From: a virus
Virus record (IMG/VR): IMGVR_UViG_3300046794_000505
Location: 1-64,000 of that record
DNA length: 64,000 bases
Strand: one strand, 5' to 3'
Part shown: piece by piece, positions 57,186 through 64,000 of the stretch
Position numbering within the stretch: position 1 is the stretch's first letter
Layout: each line of letters begins with the position of its first letter
The notes under the pieces: model-generated
Seen by the model: only the letters and a program-made list of their open reading frames with translations
What the model was told of the DNA's origin: nothing
The model's database searches: none
Program-made: the position numbers and the translations under genes

Positions 57186-57730
57186 TATGAAACCCCCAGG
57201 GCTGCTTTCGCCGAGCCCCATAAAACCAGCCGATCTGCGAGACCATTGAGACCTCCATTGATACGACGGGTGATCGTTTCGAACGCCCCAGCATCGGCCA
57301 AGTCGTTCAGATTATGCGCATTCCAGAACCAAGCCGCCGAAAGCGCCGCGTTATCCGGGTCCTCTAACAGCTCCGGATGATCGACCAGAGACAGGTTCAG
57401 CGCCACTGCCGCTGTCGTGTAGTTGGCACGCCCGGTGACCTGGATCAGACCGCGACCGCGATACTTGAAGCCGTCACCGACCGCGATATTGCCGAGGTCG
57501 GCACGGCCCTCATAACCTTTCTGCTGCGCGGTCGGCCCCCACAACTCATGAACGTAGACCAGACGGCCAGACTCATGACCGACCTGCGCAAGGAACGCTG
57601 CTTGGCGTACTGGGGTGTCGATGCTGTATAGCGCCATGGCGGCGCTAAGCGGATCGGCCCAAGTGGTGGCGCGAGCGGGTGGAATACCGAGTGCAACAGC
57701 GAGATCTTCGGGGCTCATTTTCTTACTCAC
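57185..57730 (-). CDS. Endolysin, glycoside hydrolase family 19
   Basis: AAFLAQVGHESG...YRGRGLIQVTGRANY...ITRRINGGLNGLADR. Confidence 0.93.
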   Translation of the reverse strand: MSKKMSPEDLAVALGIPPARATTWADPLSAAMALYSIDTPVRQAAFLAQVGHESGRLVYVHELWGPTAQQKGYEGRADLGNIAVGDGFKYRGRGLIQVTGRANYTTAAVALNLSLVDHPELLEDPDNAALSAAWFWNAHNLNDLADAGAFETITRRINGGLNGLADRLVLWGSAKAALGVS

Positions 57731-57787
57731 TTAAAAATTATGATCGTTTTGCTGGCAGTTTTAAAATTAGGCGCCGGCCCCAACAAA

Positions 57788-58159
57788 TCAGCTGCCACCA
57801 CCCTTTCTGTTCTGCCATTCGTTGAAAAGCCAAATAGTGAAAGCCATGATGGCCGCCAGCGTTGGTGCTTTTTCAATCAGCCAACCCAGCGCACTGCGCA
57901 CGGCTTTTTGGTTGTTATGCGAGGCCATCAGGACATCGAGCATCGACTTCTGTTGACCGAGATGATTCTGCAATTCGACAATTGATTCCAGAGCGTCAGA
58001 AACCTTGGTATCGATTGTCACCATGGACTGGAAGTTATCCGTCAGACGCCTATGGAGATGAACAATTTCCTTGATCAAATTTGCATTGTTGGCCAGCTCC
58101 CGACGCAGCGATTCCATGTCGGTTTTTGCATGCCCTGCCTGATCCTGATCTTCTGGCAC
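57788..58159 (-). CDS. Lysis-associated coiled-coil/TM protein (holin or antiholin-like)
   Basis: GTG start with GAGG RBS; coiled coil and C-terminal TM segment. Confidence 0.55.
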   Translation of the reverse strand: MPEDQDQAGHAKTDMESLRRELANNANLIKEIVHLHRRLTDNFQSMVTIDTKVSDALESIVELQNHLGQQKSMLDVLMASHNNQKAVRSALGWLIEKAPTLAAIMAFTIWLFNEWQNRKGGGS

Positions 58160-58187
58160 TGTCGTGTCCTCACTACGATGTACAACC

Positions 58188-58202
58188 ATGCTAATGGCAC
58201 GA
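58188..58202 (-). promoter_or_regulatory. Putative late promoter variant upstream of the lysis cassette
   Basis: TCGTGCC AT TAGCAT. Confidence 0.5.
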
Positions 58203-58229
58203 CTTTAATCGCATGGTGATGGCTCGGAA

Positions 58230-58427
58230 CTAAGTGGCTGGCATCGCCGACTTATCAGAACTGGAGAATTTTTCAGTCGCGGGATCATAGGTGAATCCTG
58301 GAGAAACATTATCCCCGTCCTTGACTGGAATAAGCGAAATACCATCAGGCTGCGGCCAACCACTCTCACCATCCCAAATGGCAACGTTCTTAACTACTCC
58401 CTTATAAACCATTGCATAAATTCCCAT
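58230..58427 (-). CDS. Tail fibre assembly-like protein
   Basis: YAMVYKGVVKNVAIWDG; directly follows the fibre gene. Confidence 0.65.
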   Translation of the reverse strand: MGIYAMVYKGVVKNVAIWDGESGWPQPDGISLIPVKDGDNVSPGFTYDPATEKFSSSDKSAMPAT

Positions 58428-59953
58428 TATGCATACTCCTCAATAATTACTGCGCCAGCATTACCAGTAACACCTACCTGAGCTGCTACACTTGAGCCAA
58501 CCGCTACACCGCCTGGCCCTGCGCCTGGTCCTGTCCCTGTCAAGTATCCACCGCCTGATACGCTGCCACCTGCACCACCACCGGTTCCAGTTATGGGTGA
58601 TCCACCGCCAGTTCCAGAAACACCAGCGCCGGTCGTGATAAAAATGGCTGGAGTACTTGGTGCTCCCTTGATGTTGATTGTGGAGCCGCCACTGGAATCT
58701 CCACCAACACTAGGCTGCAGAATATAAGCTGCGGCGGATGCTACCCCCGCAAGACCGCCTACGCCACCATTGGCAGTCATTCCTATAAAAGATGAATTTC
58801 CCCCTGTTCCTCCATTCCCCGCTGAGACGCCAGTGCCGCCCGCACCTACAGTCACTGTTGCGGGGAGCGTGCCGATCGCTGCAACGGTCATAGTTCCTTC
58901 GCTATATCCGCCACCCCCACCGCCACCAGCGACAGAATTCTGGGTTGATGATGTAGCAGGGGTACCACCACTTGCACCACTACCACCTATAACTCGGACA
59001 CGTACCGTATTAGTGCTTGCCAATGGAGTAAAACTACCGCTGCTTGTGAAAACCGTGATTTTTAAAAATCTTCCAGTGGCCTGCCCTAATTGCATGGCAT
59101 GGTTACTTTTTGTTGCGGCAGCGACCTGCTCTGCCGAACCGGTACAGAACAGCAGAATGTATGAACCTCCGCCGACAGAAGTATTCCATTGCACCCACGC
59201 GTCACCGTTGGCAACAAGCTCTCCACCTTGAAGAGCAGAATGCGCACCGCCAACCAGAGCCACGACACCCAAGCCATCGTTGAAGGTCGATGCGCCGGTA
59301 TTGGATGTCTTGACCTTGAAGCGCAGCGGCTGCTGTTCACTGCGAGCGGTAATAGCTGGAGTGAAAGCGCAGACGTAAGTATTAGCCGTGCCGGTATCCA
59401 CCGCAGCCGTATTATTGACCACGGCATCCGCCACGAAAGCTGTACTGGCCACCTGCGTCGTCTTTGTGCCCGCTGCGGCTGTTGGTGCAGTTGGAGTTCC
59501 GGTCAGTCCAGGACTTGCCAGTGGCGCTCGAGAAGTATCAATGGGATGAACATGATCTTCGCGGCTAAGGGCTGTTGCTGAACCAGCAGCGGCCGTACCA
59601 TTCATCAATGGGGTGGCTGTAGATATCGCGCCAGCCGCTGCCGTACCTAACTGAACCGTCCAGTTTGCAGGGTTGAATGCACCTGGAGAAATCGCAGTAT
59701 TTGCCTGCCAAATATTCAGCTGATAAATGACCTGCTGACCACCTGTGTATGAGTTCCCGGTACTGAACGCCGGGATGCCAGTCCCTTTAAGCAGGTTGAG
59801 TGCATCTACCTGAGATTTTAACCAGTTGGTCCGATTTGCCAGGCCTTTGGCTTGCAGGTTGGAAATACCATTGACGCCACCAATGACGGCATCGTCCAGT
59901 TCAATCTGGTAAATACCGGCATCATAACTGGTGGATTCTGGAAGGTTAGACAT
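58427..59953 (-). CDS. Tail fibre protein (Gly-rich C-terminus)
   Basis: GIYQIE..D..IGG..GISNLQAKGLANRT, SREDHVHP, LTGTPTAPT, Gly-rich tip ending GAVIIEEYA. Confidence 0.88.
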   Translation of the reverse strand: MSNLPESTSYDAGIYQIELDDAVIGGVNGISNLQAKGLANRTNWLKSQVDALNLLKGTGIPAFSTGNSYTGGQQVIYQLNIWQANTAISPGAFNPANWTVQLGTAAAGAISTATPLMNGTAAAGSATALSREDHVHPIDTSRAPLASPGLTGTPTAPTAAAGTKTTQVASTAFVADAVVNNTAAVDTGTANTYVCAFTPAITARSEQQPLRFKVKTSNTGASTFNDGLGVVALVGGAHSALQGGELVANGDAWVQWNTSVGGGSYILLFCTGSAEQVAAATKSNHAMQLGQATGRFLKITVFTSSGSFTPLASTNTVRVRVIGGSGASGGTPATSSTQNSVAGGGGGGGYSEGTMTVAAIGTLPATVTVGAGGTGVSAGNGGTGGNSSFIGMTANGGVGGLAGVASAAAYILQPSVGGDSSGGSTINIKGAPSTPAIFITTGAGVSGTGGGSPITGTGGGAGGSVSGGGYLTGTGPGAGPGGVAVGSSVAAQVGVTGNAGAVIIEEYA

Positions 59954-59967
59954 TCACCAGCCCCTTT

Positions 59968-60432
59968 CTAAAAGTTGATCTGCCAAGTGCCGGCAAGAGA
60001 AAGATCAGAGTCTTTTACGATGGCCCCCGAGCGAGTTTTTCTGGCGAATAGAACACTACCGGTGGTGAACAGTCCGAACTCCATGATCGATAGACCATTG
60101 GCTTCGGTAGTCCCCAGGGAAAAAGCGTATTGAACTGAATTCGTAGTCGGATAGGTGACAGCGCCGAGGGCATTCGTATAGGCGCCGGTAAGCGATGTAT
60201 TGCCAGCTGCTGGCGCGGTGCCGGAGGTGCCGAAGCCCATAATCGTCAGGGATCGGTTGGTAACATCCCCGCCGATCAACCTGGCCAATTGTTGCTTTGA
60301 AAGATCGACTACCAGGTTTTTATCCTGATAGACCTCAATTAAAAGGCCCTTGTGATAAATATTGAGCGTGAAGATGCCCTGAGGCCGATAGGCAATATCG
60401 CCATTACCGATGGAATCAATGAGTTGAATCAT
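59968..60432 (-). CDS. Tail/baseplate-fibre attachment protein
   Basis: KNLVVD...EANGLSIMEFGLF...LFARK. Confidence 0.7.
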   Translation of the reverse strand: MIQLIDSIGNGDIAYRPQGIFTLNIYHKGLLIEVYQDKNLVVDLSKQQLARLIGGDVTNRSLTIMGFGTSGTAPAAGNTSLTGAYTNALGAVTYPTTNSVQYAFSLGTTEANGLSIMEFGLFTTGSVLFARKTRSGAIVKDSDLSLAGTWQINF

Positions 60433-60459
60433 GGATCGATGCCCTCCTTTAGTGAAAGG

Positions 60460-60474
60460 AGGGTAATGTCACGA
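60460..60474 (-). promoter_or_regulatory. Putative late promoter
   Basis: TCGTGAC AT TACCCT upstream of 60432. Confidence 0.65.
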
Positions 60475-60478
60475 CCAT

Positions 60479-61594
60479 CTACAGCGTTTCAGTGACTACC
60501 GTACCGCTATTGTAATTCACCACGCGCCCGGAACCACCGTAGACATGAACGCCATTGTAGGTGTGGTTGCTTGTCGAATTTATGACGAGATCACCATCAT
60601 TCGGGGCTACGGCTGCATCAGAGAGCGTCAGCGTCGAAGAGATACCCAAGGTATCAGTCTGGCCGCTCACCGCATCCACCAAGGCAAATGACCCCACAAA
60701 AGTCATGGGGTCAGTGAAGCTGTAGACGGCATTATCTGTCATCTGCCCTGAGCGCAGAAGGATCTGACGTAGATGGGTGCCGGCCGCACGAAATTGATCA
60801 ATCAGCCCAATTACTCTGGCCTCAAATGGGGCGATATCCTCGGAGCCCTCAAGGTTGTACATGTATTCAACATCAAACAGATTTCGGACGTACTTGCCGG
60901 TGGGATTGTAGTGGCGAATACCATCAAAATGTATAGATCCGTCATGCAGAGGGCTCATGCTTCCCGGCAGTACAACGTCCACAACCTTCGCTGGTAAACC
61001 ACCCGTAGCTTGGCTGATAGCTATCTCAATGGCCTTGTTGTTGTTCCTGGGGCGGACAACCTCGTAGATGATTCGTGGGCCATAAATATCATCAATCTCG
61101 CCATCTTTTCGTTTTACGTTGTAATAGTCGCCAATCTCATCCAGCCATTGATCTTGGGCGGTAGGCGCACTCATCTGCCGAAGCATTTGATAAATCTGAT
61201 CGCGCGCGAGCTTTAGCTCGGAGGCGGCGGCTTCCAGATAGGCCCATGTCAGCGACGTATAGGCGTACAGGTGATCACCATTTGAAATGGATTGATCACT
61301 ACTCCCATCCATCAAAACTCGAGCGCTTAGGGTGGATGCATCACCTGTGATTTGAAACGGGACTGAATACCCCGGGAGCGCAGCGAAAAAGTTACCGAGC
61401 TGCGCGATATTGTAGTCATCAAGGTCTACAGTCTGACTCGATCCAGGGCCACCAGTAACCGTGGTAGTCAGCACCCCATCTTCAACAGCCCAAACCAAGG
61501 TACCTGCATAATTGATGCGCAGCGCAAGGAACTGAACGGGATCGCGAGAAAAAGCCCGATTCAAATAACCCAGAAGTTTTTGTGTGAGCTTCAT
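60479..61594 (-). CDS. Baseplate wedge protein
   Basis: TAQDQWLDEIGDYYNVKRKDGEIDD motif; follows baseplate J. Confidence 0.7.
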   Translation of the reverse strand: MKLTQKLLGYLNRAFSRDPVQFLALRINYAGTLVWAVEDGVLTTTVTGGPGSSQTVDLDDYNIAQLGNFFAALPGYSVPFQITGDASTLSARVLMDGSSDQSISNGDHLYAYTSLTWAYLEAAASELKLARDQIYQMLRQMSAPTAQDQWLDEIGDYYNVKRKDGEIDDIYGPRIIYEVVRPRNNNKAIEIAISQATGGLPAKVVDVVLPGSMSPLHDGSIHFDGIRHYNPTGKYVRNLFDVEYMYNLEGSEDIAPFEARVIGLIDQFRAAGTHLRQILLRSGQMTDNAVYSFTDPMTFVGSFALVDAVSGQTDTLGISSTLTLSDAAVAPNDGDLVINSTSNHTYNGVHVYGGSGRVVNYNSGTVVTETL

Positions 61595-61604
61595 AAATTC
61601 AGCC

Positions 61605-62732
61605 TCAGGCAGCCGTTAGGGTCACAGTGCCCGGCATGATCTTCTGAGATGCCAGTGATGTGAGATCTGCCGTCGGCGCCGACATGGCGAGATTGTAGAC
61701 TCCAGGCGTCGACATGATGATTTCAATGATCTCGTTTTTGACAGAGGTATTGCCGGGCTTCAATTGCAACTGGTAGGCCCGCACGTTGGTAGTGGCAGCC
61801 GCCAGAACGTCAACACTCTGATAGCCCGGCAGGCAGGTGACTGTACCCGTAACGTTTTGTAGAACCTCAGTCGCCGCAAAACAGTCAACCTCAACCCCAG
61901 CTGCTTTCCAGCCAGGAACAGGGTTTCCAGCCACGTCATACGATCCATCAATAATCGTCTGAGCGTTGGCTACCAACGTCGAGCTCGTGCCCCCTACGCC
62001 ATTGTGAAGATAAACTTGGACATACCCTGGCGCATTGGCAATAGGGTCGACCTCGTAGGGTTCAATGATCCCGATGAATACCACGCGCTCGGTGATGATC
62101 CCGTTCACGTTCACGACAGTCGCCAAACTGGCGCCATAACGAATGGCAGCCAGTGTCCCGCGCTGAAGGGTGCTGATGTAACCCTGGAATCTGAGCTTGC
62201 GCTCATCATCCGTTTCGATGTCGCGGCCGTTTTTAAATGCGGTCAGATTGGCCACGCCCGTGATGTTACTGATATTCCCGACCATTTGCAGGATGGTGTT
62301 GGCATCACAATTGGTATCAGCCCCCACCGCACTCGCGACACCGGCAACGGTTACCTGCGTCACCCCAATACCTACCGTGACGTCGAGAATCGTTTGATAG
62401 ATTTTATTCGTTGTTGGGTTCTTGGCGAGCTGGCCGGCGGCAATCAAAATCGGCGCCGTCTGGGCACCCGTCGCATAAAATGTCAGCGCACCGGTGGCTG
62501 CTGATGCTGGGAGCAGTGGGAATTCAAAGGTGTTGTAAGTCGCGACGGGAATTGCTTCCTTCAAGCCATGGAACATTTCCTGATACAGCTGATCCTGTTC
62601 GGAAGCGACTGCCTCGACCAGGGTGCGCGCCACCGAACCGATATTGAAGTCAGTGATTTTTTTGGTGCTGGCCCGCATGAGGTTGATCATGGAGGCGCAA
62701 ATTGAAGTGAAGTCCTTGATTTGAAACGCCAT
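61605..62732 (-). CDS. Baseplate J/gp47-family protein
   Basis: TDFNIGSVARTLVEAVA...NGRDIETDDERKLRF...RGT. Confidence 0.9.
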   Translation of the reverse strand: MAFQIKDFTSICASMINLMRASTKKITDFNIGSVARTLVEAVASEQDQLYQEMFHGLKEAIPVATYNTFEFPLLPASAATGALTFYATGAQTAPILIAAGQLAKNPTTNKIYQTILDVTVGIGVTQVTVAGVASAVGADTNCDANTILQMVGNISNITGVANLTAFKNGRDIETDDERKLRFQGYISTLQRGTLAAIRYGASLATVVNVNGIITERVVFIGIIEPYEVDPIANAPGYVQVYLHNGVGGTSSTLVANAQTIIDGSYDVAGNPVPGWKAAGVEVDCFAATEVLQNVTGTVTCLPGYQSVDVLAAATTNVRAYQLQLKPGNTSVKNEIIEIIMSTPGVYNLAMSAPTADLTSLASQKIMPGTVTLTAA

Positions 62733-63355
62733 CAGATACCTACCTCGATTTTCAATGAGCGCCCAATGATGGGAATGACATCCGCCACGACGCCGATCTG
62801 ATCGCCAACAACAGTCGAAATTACGCTGGAAATTTCCCGCACACGCGGATCAGCTTTTAGCGTGGCCTCCACATACTTGGATGCCAGGGTGCTCGCAGTC
62901 GGACCATTCGTAGTGCCGATCAAGGCTCGGTGCAGCGACCCATATTCCGGATGCCACAGGAGTTCCCCGCGCTCAACATCCACTCGATGCTCCAAAGCCT
63001 GCTTGAGGTTGTCGCGCCCGTTGAACACCAGAAAATCGCCATTTTCATCGGACGTCAGTTCGCCGTTGGATAGCCCCATATCCAGCTGATAGACCTCATC
63101 CGGATCCGTAGAATCAGAGGCCTCAGATAATTTGCTTTGTGCCGGGACGGTGATCGTTTTCCCTGAGAGAAGCACCCGATCCGAAGAAAGCGAAGCATCA
63201 TCCGTGATGTACGGGGGTAACAGGTTGTTGATGTTGGCCAGGTCAGGCCAGCGATCGGCGTTTCCAAGTTCGCGCGCGGCAACCTTCTGCAGGGTGTCGC
63301 CATACAGCGTATCGACCAGTCGATAGCCGATCAGGGGACGATCAAATTCACTCAT
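62732..63355 (-). CDS. Baseplate protein (LysM-like plus gp25-like)
   Basis: GDTLQKVAARELG..W..LA..N; NLKQAL..R...GEL.WHPEYGS...DPRV. Confidence 0.8.
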   Translation of the reverse strand: MSEFDRPLIGYRLVDTLYGDTLQKVAARELGNADRWPDLANINNLLPPYITDDASLSSDRVLLSGKTITVPAQSKLSEASDSTDPDEVYQLDMGLSNGELTSDENGDFLVFNGRDNLKQALEHRVDVERGELLWHPEYGSLHRALIGTTNGPTASTLASKYVEATLKADPRVREISSVISTVVGDQIGVVADVIPIIGRSLKIEVGI

Positions 63356-64000
63356 GCTGTAGCCCCGACGACGGCAGTCCCGCTGTTAACCGAACGGATA
63401 TTCGATTCCATATCCACACCCGGCACCGTCGACAAGATATCCATGCCGACCAGCTGCTTCATGGAATTGCGAGCTTCGGGCGTTTGAGTGATTGGCGTGC
63501 TGGCGCTGGGCGTCAATTTGTAGAAGGGGTTTTCAAAGCGCAATGGCGAAAGCGGGCGCCCACCGGAAATGGATGAGCAGTTGCTCGCGCCATACCAATC
63601 GGAGTAATCTGCATACTTCTTGCCGCCGCCGAAAGCATTCTTCAGTAGGCAGAAGGCATAGGTGAAAGCTCCCCCCATCTCCATGATCCTGGACTTGACG
63701 AAAGTCCCCAGCGACTGGACAGAGGCCACTGATGCCATGATGTTTCGGCCGGCCTGGGCCAGGTCAGAAGCGACCGATAGTAGTGGTCCAGCGATCTCGT
63801 CGAACGAACCCTTGAGTGAGCTGATCGTTTCGACGGTGACGCTCAGCACATTGGCTGTCAGGTTCATGAATGAGCGCACTGCCGCGCCGATGGTGCCATT
63901 GATGAAGTTGCCAACCGATGTGGCGAAGGTGCGGATTCGACCCAGGATTTCCCGCAGGGTTTTCAGTGCCTCGGGCACCGCGACGCTTCCCGGGAGAATT
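63352..64000 (-). CDS. Tail/baseplate-associated protein (5' end outside the window)
   Basis: Coupled to the baseplate operon; YGASNCSS motif. Confidence 0.55.
   Translation of the reverse strand, partial: ILPGSVAVPEALKTLREILGRIRTFATSVGNFINGTIGAAVRSFMNLTANVLSVTVETISSLKGSFDEIAGPLLSVASDLAQAGRNIMASVASVQSLGTFVKSRIMEMGGAFTYAFCLLKNAFGGGKKYADYSDWYGASNCSSISGGRPLSPLRFENPFYKLTPSASTPITQTPEARNSMKQLVGMDILSTVPGVDMESNIRSVNSGTAVVGATA

Overview
The window is 64 kb of a Pseudomonas-type tailed phage with a contractile tail (phage, prophage or phage-plasmid; no integrase, att site or host housekeeping gene is visible). Left end (minus strand): a diversity-generating retroelement (DGR) with two tandem DUF1566/CLec-like target genes, avd, a template repeat (TR) and a reverse transcriptase that runs off the window. 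Next come a tailspike-like gene and a tRNA/structured-RNA cluster (Trp, Asn, fMet, two tRNA-like elements, three long CATCGG/CCGATG stems) with an HU gene. Head genes (InPase protein, MuF, portal, large terminase) are scattered among long runs of small accessory ORFs. Further right are an AT-rich origin-like region, an intact Pseudomonas-type PHA depolymerase (phaZ), replication and recombination genes (RdgC, primase-helicase, VRR-NUC, SF2 helicase, PD-(D/E)XK nuclease, recombinase, Rad50-like ATPase, SSB), a GH19 lysis cassette, tail fibre and baseplate. Most notable observations: (1) the TR core appears to have been overwritten with already-mutagenised sequence and also encodes the RT N-terminus; (2) the DGR diversifies two non-tail proteins; (3) a phage-borne phaZ; (4) a modular structured-RNA array with tRNA mimics; (5) a TCGTGAC-N2-YANNNT late-promoter motif, one copy of which seems to drive a ~65-nt GGA-loop sRNA. 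All family calls come from motif recognition, not database searches.
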